DNA of 64,000 nt from a bacterium (GTDB taxonomy: Bacteria > Patescibacteriota > Microgenomatia > Levybacterales > UBA12049), in NCBI GenBank assembly GCA_021780675.1, contig JAJXYH010000004.1:5668-69667 (forward strand). Direction: 5' to 3'. Of this stretch, positions 9,068-21,081 are shown piece after piece (position 1 is the stretch's first letter; each line of letters begins with the position of its first letter). The notes beneath the pieces are model-generated. The model was not told the DNA's origin, made no database searches, and worked only from the letters and a program-made list of their open reading frames with translations. A program made the position numbers and the translations under genes.

Positions 9068-10501
9068 ATGAAAAAGTTAACTAAGATTGTGGCAACTATT
9101 GGTCCATCCTCCGACTCCCCCGAGAAAATCGAAAAATTAATAAATCTTGGTGTTAATATTTTTAGATTCAATTATAAACATGCAGATACTAATTGGCACC
9201 GGGAAAGACTTAAGCTATTAAAAAAAGTTTGCAAGGAAAAAAATCTTAGAACTGCAACGCTTTTAGATTTACAGGGTCCTGAGGTAAGACTTAAAATGCC
9301 CTTTGATAGTATTGAGCTTGATGAGGGCGAAAAAATCTTCCTTTCGCAAGAAGTATTTAAAAATAAAGAAAAAGGCTTTAGCTTATCTGTCCCCGAAATT
9401 ATCGAAAATTTAGACGAAGATCAACAAATATCAGCTGATGACGGGTTATTCGAGTTTACAGTAAAAAAAGAGGATGGCAAAACTTACCTTTTATCTTATT
9501 CTTCGGGAACTCTTTTAAATAATAAGGCTGTTTCTATTGTTGATCTTGATTATGACTTTCCAACCATCCATGAAAAGGATAGAGAGGGTTTACATTTGGC
9601 AAAGGCGGAAGGAATTGATTTTATCGCCCTTTCTTTTGTTAGGAATGCAAAGGATTTAGAAAACCTAAAAAATGAGATGGGTAAAATCGGCTTAAACGCA
9701 AAAATTGTTGCCAAAATCGAAACTGCAAAGGCCACGCAAAATATAGATGAAATTATTGATGCAACCGATGCAGTTATGGTGGCAAGAGGCGATTTGGGTG
9801 TTGAGATGCCCATGGAACAGGTGCCATTCTGGCAAAAGGAAATTATTAGAAAGTGCTTGCAAAAAGGCGTTCCTGTAATAACAGCAACGCAAATGCTTGA
9901 GTCAATGACACATAACTCTATTCCAACACGTGCAGAGGTTTCGGATGTTTCCAATGCTGTTTATGATTTTACGGATGCAGTTATGCTTTCGGGAGAAACC
10001 GCGAATGGGAAATACCCGGAAGAGGCAGTAGATGTTATGGCAAAAATTATCAAATTCTCCGAAGAAAAAACTCACGTGCCGGATATCAGAACCCTTTTTA
10101 AATATGAACTTAATGATATATCGGAAATGATTTGCGATAGTGCTTTTAATTTATACAAGGCTTTAAAATCTAAAGAGCAAAAAATTAAAGGATTTTTAGT
10201 ATTTACCGAGTCAGGAAAAACTGCCCGAATGCTATCCAGATACCGACCGCATGTTGCAATTTATTCATTTTGCCCAAATGAAGAACTCGTTAATAAACTT
10301 GCTATTAATTACGCCGTAAAACCTATTTTCCAAAAATCCCTTAAAAGCAAAAACGAAATTGTAAAAGATGATATTAGAGAGGCTCTTGAGATTTTAAAAA
10401 ATGCAGGGTCTTGCCAAGACGGAGACAGGTTTATAGTTCTTCATGGAGATTATTGGACCTCTGAATCGGGGACTTCAACAATAAGAGTGATAAGCGCTTA
10501 A
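9068..10501 (+). CDS. pyk: Pyruvate kinase
   Basis: [47 protein letters not shown]; ATG at 9068. Confidence 0.97.
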   Translation: MKKLTKIVATIGPSSDSPEKIEKLINLGVNIFRFNYKHADTNWHRERLKLLKKVCKEKNLRTATLLDLQGPEVRLKMPFDSIELDEGEKIFLSQEVFKNKEKGFSLSVPEIIENLDEDQQISADDGLFEFTVKKEDGKTYLLSYSSGTLLNNKAVSIVDLDYDFPTIHEKDREGLHLAKAEGIDFIALSFVRNAKDLENLKNEMGKIGLNAKIVAKIETAKATQNIDEIIDATDAVMVARGDLGVEMPMEQVPFWQKEIIRKCLQKGVPVITATQMLESMTHNSIPTRAEVSDVSNAVYDFTDAVMLSGETANGKYPEEAVDVMAKIIKFSEEKTHVPDIRTLFKYELNDISEMICDSAFNLYKALKSKEQKIKGFLVFTESGKTARMLSRYRPHVAIYSFCPNEELVNKLAINYAVKPIFQKSLKSKNEIVKDDIREALEILKNAGSCQDGDRFIVLHGDYWTSESGTSTIRVISA

Positions 10502-11574
10502 CCTAAATAATCTTTAAGTTTATTGCCTCTAGACGGATGTCTTAATTTGCGAAGTGCTTTTGCTTCGATTTGCCTGATTCTTTCTCTGGTTACCGCAAAC
10601 ATTTTACCAACTTCCTCTAAAGTTTTTGATCTACCGTCTTTTAGACCAAACCTTTCAACCAAAACTCTTTTTTCCCTATCGGAAAGCGTTGATAAAACCT
10701 GGTCTATTTGTTCTTTTAAAAGTTCTCTAGATGCCGTATCAAAAAGCGTTGGTGCCGATGAATCGTGGATAAAGTCTCCAAGCCTTGAGTCTTCTTCGTC
10801 TCCAACCGGAGATTCCAAACTTGCAGGCTCCTGAGAAATTTTAATTATTTCCAAAGCCTTATCCGGTTCAATACCCAATGCTTTAGCAACTTCTTCTGGA
10901 GTTGGCTCCCTACCTAATTCCTGCATTAATTTTCTTGAAGCTCTTAAAAATCTGTTGATATTTTCAACCATGTGAACAGGAATTCTAATTGTTCTTGCCT
11001 GGTCGGCAATTGCACGGGTAATAGATTGTCTTATCCACCAAGTGGCATAGGTTGAGAACTTATATCCTCTTCTCCAATCGTATTTTTCTACAGCTCTAAT
11101 TAAACCCTGGTTTCCTTCCTGGATTAAATCTAAAAGTGTAAGTCCTCTTCCCACATATTTTTTGGCAATAGAAACAACTAATCTTAAATTAGAATTAATT
11201 AGTTTTTGCTTGGCATGTTTATCCCCTTTTTCCACCTTTTTAGCCAAAGTTATTTCTTGGTCAAAAGTTAAAAGCGGAATTCTACCTATTTCTTTTAAAT
11301 ACATCCTTACAGGATCTGAAACTGTTCCTTCTGTTAGAACTGTTAAGGCTTCTAGTTCTTTTTCTAAAACCTCAATTGGTTTTTCTTCGTCGGATTCTGC
11401 TGCTACGGATTCAAATACATCGATTTCAGAACGCATCAGCTTATCGTAAAGCTTATCTAATTCCGAAATGTGTTCTTCAGGGTGCGGAAAGATAGAAAGA
11501 ATTTCTTCCTGGGTTATGTAACCTCTTTTTTTAGCACCAGAAACAATTTCTGTAAGTAAGTTGGGCTGTTTCAT
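10498..11574 (-). CDS. rpoD: Primary sigma factor RpoD/SigA
   Basis: [45 protein letters not shown]. Confidence 0.97.
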   Translation of the reverse strand: MKQPNLLTEIVSGAKKRGYITQEEILSIFPHPEEHISELDKLYDKLMRSEIDVFESVAAESDEEKPIEVLEKELEALTVLTEGTVSDPVRMYLKEIGRIPLLTFDQEITLAKKVEKGDKHAKQKLINSNLRLVVSIAKKYVGRGLTLLDLIQEGNQGLIRAVEKYDWRRGYKFSTYATWWIRQSITRAIADQARTIRIPVHMVENINRFLRASRKLMQELGREPTPEEVAKALGIEPDKALEIIKISQEPASLESPVGDEEDSRLGDFIHDSSAPTLFDTASRELLKEQIDQVLSTLSDREKRVLVERFGLKDGRSKTLEEVGKMFAVTRERIRQIEAKALRKLRHPSRGNKLKDYLG

Positions 11575-11626
11575 ATAGTAATTTTAACAGAAAATGGGTA
11601 TAAATAAAACCAGAGCCTTAAATTTA

Positions 11627-13327
11627 TTAAGTTTTACGCTTAATTTTGTCTTTTAAGTGATATTCTTTAAGCCTATTAACTCTTTTTACAATCTCCTGAT
11701 TATATTTTGAATCCTTGGGATTTTCAAGCCCATATTTTGATAACGGATAAAGTAAACATACATCAAGAGATGATATTAATTCCTTAGGTAAATTCTGAGA
11801 AAATTTAGTTTCATCGAATTTTTTATTTATATCAATAAAATCAAATAAAAGGTTTATTATTTTACCCAAAGCCTGTGTTTCAAATTCATATACTTTAAAA
11901 AAACTTTTGTAACTTTCAAGCAAACTACTAACATCTCCGCTTTGCAAAATTAATGACAGAAGAAACTCTTCTGCCAATTCCCGCTCGCTTCTTTTGTTTT
12001 TAGGCTTAACAACTACTACTTGATCTTCAATCTTTTTCATAGTTTTATGCTTTTGCAATTCTTTTTCCAGACTATCCATTGATACGTCCAAAAGATTGCT
12101 TAAATTTTTTAAATAATGTTCTTTTATTATTTCATTTGAGATATTTGCAAATAATGGAAGCAAATTGTCTGTAATTTCCTTTTTACCTTCAGCTGTCTCT
12201 AACTTGTTTTCCGATGAAAATTTATTAATCATAAAATCATAGATACCAACCTTTTCTTTAAGTGCTTTTTTAAAAGAAATTGGATTCTGTTTTATTGCCT
12301 CATCGGGGTCTTTTGCATCTTTTAATATAATCGTGTCTGTTGTTAATCCCTTTTTCTCGATAACCTCTAAGCTTCTTTTTGTTGCTTCAAATCCTGCGGA
12401 GTCTTGATCTAAACATAGGGTTACACGTGGAGTAAACCTAGATAGCAAACTAACCTGGCTTTCGGTTAATGCTGTTCCTTTGATAGCAACTACATTTTTA
12501 ATGTTCTCTTCAAAAAGCGATATTACATCAAATTCCCCCTCTACAATAATTGCATCCTGTTTTTGTTTTATTTCTTCCTTTGCAACATTAAGGCCAAAAA
12601 ACATGCTTCCCTTGTGGTAGACTGAGGTTTCTTTTGTGTTAATGTATTTAGGCATATCCGTTTCATTTAAAGCCCTTCCTGAAAAACCGGTCACATTTCC
12701 CCGATGATCAAATAATGGAAACATGAGTCTGCCTCTAAAAAAATCGACTGTCTCACCATTTTTTTCTATTGCTACACCTGCTAAAAATAAATCGTTTTTA
12801 GTAAATTTTTTCTTCTTTATTAAAAATTCTGAAAGCGAAGATTTTGAATTTGGAGAAAATCCCAACTCAAAAGTTAAAATTGATGCTTTGGTAATTTTTC
12901 TTTTATCGGTTAAATATTTTAGTGCGTTTTTTCCCGCATTATGCTCTGCAAGTAAATAATGATAAAACTTTAACGTTAAATTATTTATTTCAAAAATTTT
13001 TTCTTTTTCCGAATACTGATTCTGCCTATATGAGCTTTCTCTTAAGGTCACTCCCGCCCTTTTTGCCAAGGCTCTTAGACTTTCAGGAAATTCCATGTTC
13101 TCATATTCCATTAAGAAAGTAAAAATATCTCCGCCTTTTCCGCAACCGAAACAATGCCAAATTTGTCGCTCGGGCGAAACTATAAAAGACGGCGTGCTTT
13201 CGTTATGAAATGGACAATTTGCCTTAAAATTTCTGCCCATTTTTTTAAGCGGGAGGTACTCCGATATAAAGGCGACAATATCTAATTTTTCTCTAATTTC
13301 CTGCGCTTGGTCCATAGCTTCTCGCAT
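11627..13327 (-). CDS. dnaG: DNA primase
   Basis: CPFH..TPSF...CFGC zinc finger, KYIN, TOPRIM VEGEFDV and D.DSAG; upstream of rpoD. Confidence 0.97.
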   Translation of the reverse strand: MREAMDQAQEIREKLDIVAFISEYLPLKKMGRNFKANCPFHNESTPSFIVSPERQIWHCFGCGKGGDIFTFLMEYENMEFPESLRALAKRAGVTLRESSYRQNQYSEKEKIFEINNLTLKFYHYLLAEHNAGKNALKYLTDKRKITKASILTFELGFSPNSKSSLSEFLIKKKKFTKNDLFLAGVAIEKNGETVDFFRGRLMFPLFDHRGNVTGFSGRALNETDMPKYINTKETSVYHKGSMFFGLNVAKEEIKQKQDAIIVEGEFDVISLFEENIKNVVAIKGTALTESQVSLLSRFTPRVTLCLDQDSAGFEATKRSLEVIEKKGLTTDTIILKDAKDPDEAIKQNPISFKKALKEKVGIYDFMINKFSSENKLETAEGKKEITDNLLPLFANISNEIIKEHYLKNLSNLLDVSMDSLEKELQKHKTMKKIEDQVVVVKPKNKRSERELAEEFLLSLILQSGDVSSLLESYKSFFKVYEFETQALGKIINLLFDFIDINKKFDETKFSQNLPKELISSLDVCLLYPLSKYGLENPKDSKYNQEIVKRVNRLKEYHLKDKIKRKT

Positions 13328-13373
13328 ATTGTATCACTTTTGCTTCTTGCTTTTACTATAGAATTTTGTTTAA

Positions 13374-14660
<1,287 letters not shown>

Positions 14661-14715
14661 GTTTAACAATATTTGTTGTACGTTCTTCAAAAAATACACG
14701 AAACGGAAAAAGAAA

Positions 14716-15831
14716 TTATTTTCTATTGGTTTTTTTATATTTTCTGGATGACGGCACTACTTTACTTTTTTCCAACTCATGATACAAAGATAAAAACAAA
14801 TCATATCCCATACTTGTTCCTGAAATTTCATAAAGTTTTCTAACGCTTACTCTTCCATTATATTTGTGTAAATTTTCATAACCTAATTTAGAAATTAAAC
14901 CTGTCAACTCATTTTTATACTTTTCTCTTCCCCACCTTGTCCTTAGCGCATCCGATTTACTGATAGGATCAATTAGTCCTACCCAAAGTAAAAACTTAGC
15001 GGCATCTTCAACTTTAAATAATGTAATGTTTAGTTTCTGGGCAATAGCCTGGTTACCTAATCCTTCTGATCTTAAATGTAATACTTTTCTAATAAAATCG
15101 TTTTGCCCCACAGTTTCCTTTGCTCTTAATTTATGCGGTGGTAGTATATCGAAAAATACAAATGCTCTGGTTAGATTATCAACGTCATGAATACTCTCTC
15201 CAACTCTTTGAACAATTTGTCTGTTATTTAAACCCTCCTTTTTAAACTCTAAAATATCTACGGAATGAACATGTTTTTCCAACAGTAAAGACAGTAGCAA
15301 GTCTTGGGCATCGGAATTATTAATATTTGCTGTCTCAACCGCTTGAAAACGCGAAATTCCTCTTTTTATTTCTGCTATGAATAATTCATACGAAGTTTGC
15401 GTATCAATCTTTTGCGCAAGGAACTGATCAATTTCCGCTTCAGCAGCTGCATCTTCAATGGTCATTCCACTTCTTCTTAATCTTTTAAATTCCGGAATTC
15501 TTTCATTACTGGTGCGTTTTAAAAATTCTGAATGAAATACGGCATATTTTTCCGTTAATAAATTATTGCCTTCAACTCTTACTAAAACCCTGTCAACCTC
15601 ATCCTCCCTAATTTCACCAACTAAATATTTAATCTTTTGAAGAGCGCTACCTCTATCCTGATGCCATAAATGGTAAAAGTATAAATCCCTCATTTGTGGA
15701 ATATGTAACCCTTCTAATCCGTTTATTACATCCATCGCAGTTTCTTCTCTTGCAGGTATTTCTCTTTGCCCAAAACTATCTCTCAAGTTTTGTGGGACAT
15801 ATGGTTTTTGTCTTTCGGATATTACTGTCAT
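14716..15831 (-). CDS. Hypothetical protein with repeated HTH-like segments
   Basis: KKEGLNNRQIVQRVG, RSEGLGNQAIAQKLN and RRSGMTIEDAA segments. Confidence 0.6.
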   Translation of the reverse strand: MTVISERQKPYVPQNLRDSFGQREIPAREETAMDVINGLEGLHIPQMRDLYFYHLWHQDRGSALQKIKYLVGEIREDEVDRVLVRVEGNNLLTEKYAVFHSEFLKRTSNERIPEFKRLRRSGMTIEDAAAEAEIDQFLAQKIDTQTSYELFIAEIKRGISRFQAVETANINNSDAQDLLLSLLLEKHVHSVDILEFKKEGLNNRQIVQRVGESIHDVDNLTRAFVFFDILPPHKLRAKETVGQNDFIRKVLHLRSEGLGNQAIAQKLNITLFKVEDAAKFLLWVGLIDPISKSDALRTRWGREKYKNELTGLISKLGYENLHKYNGRVSVRKLYEISGTSMGYDLFLSLYHELEKSKVVPSSRKYKKTNRK

Positions 15832-15878
15832 TACGCCACCGATTATACCATTTGAATTAAAAATGTTATTACATTTTT

Positions 15879-16109
15879 ATGCTTTCAAAATTTTTTTCAG
15901 CGGCAATTGTAGGCTTAGAGGGATTACCCGTTGAAGTTGAAGTTGACATCCAAAACCAAGGGCTACCGTCATTTACAATTGTTGGACTTCCAAACAAGGC
16001 GGTTGAAGAAGCAAGAACCATTGCAGATTTGGAAGGTTTTTTAGAAATAAAACCAAATCATATTACAGAAAGTCTTCAATACCGGCCAAAAACAGAAAAT
16101 GCTTATTGA
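15879..16109 (+). pseudogene. comM: comM/yifB (Mg-chelatase-like AAA+) remnant with in-frame internal deletion
   Basis: N-terminal ComM motif VEVEVDI..GLPSFTIVGLP.KAVEEA fused directly to the C-terminal motif ARTIADLEG..I...HI.E.LQYR. Confidence 0.85.
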
Positions 16110-16144
16110 CAGTTAATTGACCTTTAAATAAACTGAAAATATAA

Positions 16145-16594
16145 ATGTCGTTACCCCTAGAAGCACGAGAAGATCTGCCAGAAGCAAAACGAGATTTTAC
16201 TGCGCAAATAACCCCCATCGAAATTATTGATTCTCTGGCTAGTGATGCGCCACGCGAGCTCATATTGTTTGAACAGGCAGAAACTGATAGAAAATTTTTA
16301 ATTCCCGGCCACTCGATTGAACAAAGAGTAGATACAAGATTAAATCCCTGGTCCCACCTACCAAAAGAGGCGTTTTATATAGAAAATGGAATTGTAGTTA
16401 ATGCTTCAGAACCTGAACCTATAAACAGACGAGCAAGAGAAGATGCTACAGCATCACAGGATACAGACAATCTTGTGTTTACAAGCAGTAAAAGACAAGC
16501 CGCTACTCACCGAGCAAAAACAAATACAAGACGCGGTTCGGGACTTTCTAAGCGACGCGAGCGTCCAAGACCCCAGCAAAGTAGAAGACAATAG
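16145..16594 (+). CDS. Hypothetical protein with basic disordered C-terminus
   Basis: 149-aa ORF. Confidence 0.55.
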   Translation: MSLPLEAREDLPEAKRDFTAQITPIEIIDSLASDAPRELILFEQAETDRKFLIPGHSIEQRVDTRLNPWSHLPKEAFYIENGIVVNASEPEPINRRAREDATASQDTDNLVFTSSKRQAATHRAKTNTRRGSGLSKRRERPRPQQSRRQ

Positions 16595-16640
16595 TAAAAA
16601 ACATCACATACTTTAAAAAACTAAGTGTTATAATGCATAC

Positions 16641-17300
16641 ATGGAAAACATAAATTGGTTCGGACATGCTTCATTTTACTTTATTGATGAAAACGGCAAT
16701 AATATTTATTTTGTTGACCCTTTTCAACTTAATAACCGTACAAAAGAAAAAGCAGATATTATTTTTATAACCCACACCCATCCCGATCATTTTTCCCAAA
16801 GTGATATCGACCAAATCATAAAAGAAACTACTATAATTGTTGCTCCACCTGATATTTTGGAAAAAATTGATATTGAAAACGAAAGAAAAATATCTGTAAG
16901 ACCAAATGAAAAATTTAATATTAAAGATTTTAAATTCCAAACTATTCCGGCCTACAACACTCATCCCGACAAATTGAATTTTCACCCTAAATCAAATAAC
17001 TGGGTTGGATATATTTTTGAGTTAAATGGACAAAAAGTTTATCACGCAGGGGACACGGATTTTACTGTGGAAATGAAGAAGTTAAAAAATTTGAATTTAG
17101 ATATTGCGCTTCTTCCTATGGATGGTATTTATTGTATGGGGTCGGAAGAAGCTGCTGATGCTGCAAACACAATTGCTGCCAAAGTTACTATTCCAATGCA
17201 CTACCGAAACCAAAATCCCGGCAATTATCAAGAACTTGAAGAAAAATTTAAAAACCTGGTGAAAAATTCAAAGGTAGTTATTCTTGAGGAGTTAAAGTAA
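16641..17300 (+). CDS. MBL-fold metallo-hydrolase
   Basis: WFGHASF, THTHPDH, YHAGDT, IPMHY. Confidence 0.92.
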   Translation: MENINWFGHASFYFIDENGNNIYFVDPFQLNNRTKEKADIIFITHTHPDHFSQSDIDQIIKETTIIVAPPDILEKIDIENERKISVRPNEKFNIKDFKFQTIPAYNTHPDKLNFHPKSNNWVGYIFELNGQKVYHAGDTDFTVEMKKLKNLNLDIALLPMDGIYCMGSEEAADAANTIAAKVTIPMHYRNQNPGNYQELEEKFKNLVKNSKVVILEELK

Positions 17301-17679
17301 TATTTTCGGGATGATCTTCCCATGTTAAACTTTCTTTTTCCAACCAATCAATCTCCTCTCTGTGTTTTCTCACATTTCTCGCCGAGAATACAACTCCGGC
17401 AGCAGGAATGGCAGAGATTACAACAAGTTTTTTAGATCTTTCTCTTATCGCTTCAGCAAAAAGTATCGCTGCTGTTGCTATATTTAACCCCAAATTAATC
17501 TTACTCTCTCTTAAAGATTCGTACGCTCTTTGCGACCTTTCGCTAATAATTTTATCAACAGACTCTAAAGGATGGCTTTCATGAGAAATTGATGAATTTC
17601 CTTCTCCAATTCTCCAAATATCCAGCACCTCTCCCCTTGTTTGCAAGTATACTCGTGACTCACTAGTATTTAATGCCAT
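17278..17679 (-). CDS. Hypothetical membrane-associated protein
   Basis: 133-aa ORF with two hydrophobic stretches. Confidence 0.55.
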   Translation of the reverse strand: MALNTSESRVYLQTRGEVLDIWRIGEGNSSISHESHPLESVDKIISERSQRAYESLRESKINLGLNIATAAILFAEAIRERSKKLVVISAIPAAGVVFSARNVRKHREEIDWLEKESLTWEDHPENITLTPQE

Positions 17680-17718
17680 AATCGAAAAAGTTTATCATGG
17701 AGAAAATCCCGTGTCAAT

Positions 17719-18753
17719 CTAAAGTAACTTAGATTGCCCTTCTTTTGAGGATTTAGGAAGCTCTATGCCTAGATGATGATATACAGACTCTGTTGCCACA
17801 CGGCCTCTTGTAGTTTTTTTTATAAATCCTATTTGCATTAGATATGGCTCAATTACTTCTTCAACTGTTCCAATATCTTCGGATATTGTTGAAGCTATAG
17901 TTTCTATTCCAACCGGACCGCCGTTATGTTTTTCAATAATTGAGCGAAGATATCTTATATCTGATGAGTCTAGTCCTACTTCGTCAACTTCCAGCAAATT
18001 TAGCGCTTGTTTTATATTTCCTTTCTCAAGCTTTCCCTCGGCTTTTACCTGAACAAAATCCCTAGCCCTTTTTAATATTTTAAGTGCAATCCTGGGTGTT
18101 CCTCTTGCTCTTTTGGCAATCTCCGCAATTGATGCATTATCAACCGGCACTTTAAGTTTTTTTGCTGCCTTTTCAATAATTTCCTCTAACTCCTTAGGGT
18201 CGTAAAATGAAAGCCTATGAATTACTCCAAACCTGTCCCGAAGGGGTGCCGACATTAAACCAATTCTGGTTGTTGCCCCAATAATTGTAAACGGTGGCAA
18301 ATCCAAACGCACTGTTCTTGCACTTGGACCCTTACCTATTACAATATCTAGAGCATAATCTTCCATCGCGGGATACAAAGTCTCCTCAACTGTTTTTTGA
18401 AGCCTATGGATTTCATCAATAAATAAAACGTCTCCTTTTTCCAAGTTTGTTAAAATCGACGCCAAATCTCCGGCTCTTTCTATCGCAGGACCTGAAGTTA
18501 TACGAATATTAACACCCATTTCTTTAGCTACCAAATGCGAAAGAGTTGTTTTACCAAGACCGGGCGGACCATATAAAAGTATGTGTTCAATCGGCTCTTT
18601 TCGTTTTTTAGCAGCGGCTATTGCAATCTTTAAAGACTCTTTTACGTTTTTTTGTCCGTAAAACTCACCCCAATCACCTGCTCTTAATGAGGTAAATAAA
18701 ATTTCTTCTTCCGGTTCGATTTCTTCTACTGGTTGTTTTTTATTTTTTACCAT
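17719..18753 (-). CDS. ruvB: Holliday junction branch-migration helicase RuvB
   Basis: [29 protein letters not shown]. Confidence 0.98.
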   Translation of the reverse strand: MVKNKKQPVEEIEPEEEILFTSLRAGDWGEFYGQKNVKESLKIAIAAAKKRKEPIEHILLYGPPGLGKTTLSHLVAKEMGVNIRITSGPAIERAGDLASILTNLEKGDVLFIDEIHRLQKTVEETLYPAMEDYALDIVIGKGPSARTVRLDLPPFTIIGATTRIGLMSAPLRDRFGVIHRLSFYDPKELEEIIEKAAKKLKVPVDNASIAEIAKRARGTPRIALKILKRARDFVQVKAEGKLEKGNIKQALNLLEVDEVGLDSSDIRYLRSIIEKHNGGPVGIETIASTISEDIGTVEEVIEPYLMQIGFIKKTTRGRVATESVYHHLGIELPKSSKEGQSKLL

Positions 18754-19332
18754 TTATTTCCTTCCCAAGTATTTTAACGATAGTCTTATTTTTTCTTCCA
18801 TTGATAAATCTCCCTGTTTAATTTCTCTAAGTGCCTTTTGCGATTCTGAAATAGAAAAACCAAAAGTCTTTAAAGCATCTATTACATCTTTATTTTGTTC
18901 ATGGTCTTTTCCTGAAAGATCAATGTCCGATACTCCTCCCATTTTATTTTTAAGCTCAATTATAATCCTTTGTGCATTTTTAGTACCAAGTCTTGGTACC
19001 GATGTAAAAAAGGAGGTGTCTGCTCTAATGATTGCGTTTTCAATATCTTTTTTTGTTCCAAATGAGAAAATATTTAATGCGGTTTTGGGACCAATTCCAG
19101 AAACTCCAATCAATTGTTCAAATAATTTAAGGTCCTCAGGGTTTAAAAAGCCAAAAAGAGAAATTTCATCTTCTCTTACATGGGTGTGAATAAAAAACTT
19201 TATATTATCCCCTTGTTTTAGCTCTGAATAAGTTTTATCTGACACTAAAACTTTGTAACCAACCCCTGAAACATCAACATAAACATGAGGGTTTAGGAGC
19301 AGTTCTATTTTTCCGTTTAAGGAGCCAATCAT
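18754..19332 (-). CDS. ruvA: Holliday junction DNA-binding protein RuvA
   Basis: GVGY, HVRED...LFGF, VSGIGPKTA. Confidence 0.97.
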   Translation of the reverse strand: MIGSLNGKIELLLNPHVYVDVSGVGYKVLVSDKTYSELKQGDNIKFFIHTHVREDEISLFGFLNPEDLKLFEQLIGVSGIGPKTALNIFSFGTKKDIENAIIRADTSFFTSVPRLGTKNAQRIIIELKNKMGGVSDIDLSGKDHEQNKDVIDALKTFGFSISESQKALREIKQGDLSMEEKIRLSLKYLGRK

Positions 19333-19388
19333 AAAAATTACTTATCCTGAGAAAATCGTAAGGATAATTTAACTGATTATAACATAAG

Positions 19389-19877
19389 CTATCTGGAAGA
19401 ATTAATGAACTTGCTGGAAAACGCATGAGTAAGCGATACAGCCAGAGCATCGGCAGTATCATCGGGTTTTGGAATTTCGCTTAAACTAAGTAACACCTTT
19501 ACCATTTTGCCTACTTGATCTTTCTCAGCCCTTCCATATCCAGTTAAAGCAATTTTAACCTGTAAAGGAGTATAAATTGAAATTGTCATCTTATTTTGCG
19601 ATGCTGCCAGTAGTATTACACCCCTTGCCTGTCCAACCATAAAAGCTGTTTTTGCATTTGTGTTAAAGAATAACTCCTCTATCGCCAAGGCATCCGGTGA
19701 GTAAATCTTAATTATCTTAATAATTTCTTTATAAATTATTTCAAGACGCTTGGGAACTTCTAAATCTGAGGATGTTTCAATGCAGCCAAATTTTAATGCT
19801 TTATGTCTTGAACCCTGTACATCAACGACCCCCCATCCACATCTACCAATTCCCGGGTCTATACCTAAAATTTTCAT
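19389..19877 (-). CDS. ruvC: Holliday junction resolvase RuvC
   Basis: ILGIDPG, IEELFF, GQARG, PDDTADALA. Confidence 0.97.
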   Translation of the reverse strand: MKILGIDPGIGRCGWGVVDVQGSRHKALKFGCIETSSDLEVPKRLEIIYKEIIKIIKIYSPDALAIEELFFNTNAKTAFMVGQARGVILLAASQNKMTISIYTPLQVKIALTGYGRAEKDQVGKMVKVLLSLSEIPKPDDTADALAVSLTHAFSSKFINSSR

Positions 19878-19932
19878 ACACCAATAATATCATACTTGTG
19901 TTTATAACCAGTTTCATATAAAATATCTTCTT

Positions 19933-20640
19933 ATGAAGCACACAAAGCTATTGGCAGAAAAAAGAAAAGTTTTAGGGAAAAAAGTTAAAAAACTCCGAAG
20001 AGAAGGTATTACCCCGGCTAACGTTTATGGAAAGCACATTAAATCACAATCCGTACAGGTTAAAACCGATGAATTTTTAAAAGTCTATGATGAGGTTGGC
20101 GAAACCGGGATTGTAGATTTAACAATTGGAGAAGATGTAACTCCTGTTCTTATTCAAAATGTTAACACGAACTTTAGAAATGTAATACTTCACGCTGATT
20201 TTTACGCGGTAAATCTTAAAGAGAAAGTTAAAGCAGAAGTCCCACTTGAGGTAGTTGGTGAACCTAAGGCTGTTGCAGACAAAATTGGACTTTTAATGAA
20301 TATTATTTCGGAAGTTGAGGTTCAAGCTCTTCCTGAAGAGCTACCTGAAAATATTGAAGTTGATGTTACACATCTTGCAAATATTGACGATCAAATAACT
20401 GTAGGTGAGCTTAAAGTTCCAGTAGGGATAGAAATCTTAACCGACAAAGAGCAGGTTATTGCTAAGATTGAAGAGTTGGTTACCAAAGAAGCTCAGGAAG
20501 AAGCAGCCCAAGAAGCAGCAGAAGCTGAAGCCGCCAAAGCAGAAGGATCAGAAGCGGGTGGAGAAGCTGCGGCTCAGGGCGAAGAAGCTGTATCCACAGA
20601 AGAAGCAAAATCCGAAACTCCAAAAGAATCTACAGAATAA
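19933..20640 (+). CDS. rplY: 50S ribosomal protein L25/Ctc
   Basis: LRREG.TPANVYG, HADF, acidic tail. Confidence 0.95.
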   Translation: MKHTKLLAEKRKVLGKKVKKLRREGITPANVYGKHIKSQSVQVKTDEFLKVYDEVGETGIVDLTIGEDVTPVLIQNVNTNFRNVILHADFYAVNLKEKVKAEVPLEVVGEPKAVADKIGLLMNIISEVEVQALPEELPENIEVDVTHLANIDDQITVGELKVPVGIEILTDKEQVIAKIEELVTKEAQEEAAQEAAEAEAAKAEGSEAGGEAAAQGEEAVSTEEAKSETPKESTE

Positions 20641-21081
20641 CTACTTATTTAGTAAGCCTTGTAACTTTTTAGCATCATTATAATTCGGATCTAAAAATAA
20701 AGCCTTATTGTCATATATCTTTGCTTGGGCTAAGTCCCCAAGCTGGTACTCTAAAACCGCAATTTGAAAGTACGCATCTTTGTAGCCGTCATAATGTTGA
20801 GTAACCGATTTCCAGAAATTAATTTTTGAATTAATAATATTCCTTTCATTATAAATTTTTGCCAATTTATTGGAGTTATTATACAAGCTGGCTATTAAAA
20901 TTATTATTAAAACAATAAATAATGCACTTAAAAATATAGAGCTTGCTGCAAACAAGTAAAAAAGTGGCTTGGATTTTATGATTTTTTTAAAGATTTTCGC
21001 TTCGGGAATAAATCGGAATATATTCGGGAATTGTTCAATGTAATTATTTAGTGCTTTCTTCATAAGGCCATTTGCTGACAA
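20641..21081 (-). CDS. Membrane-anchored TPR protein
   Basis: TM followed by YKDAYFQIA.LEYQLG...A..LDPN. Confidence 0.7.
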   Translation of the reverse strand: MSANGLMKKALNNYIEQFPNIFRFIPEAKIFKKIIKSKPLFYLFAASSIFLSALFIVLIIILIASLYNNSNKLAKIYNERNIINSKINFWKSVTQHYDGYKDAYFQIAVLEYQLGDLAQAKIYDNKALFLDPNYNDAKKLQGLLNK

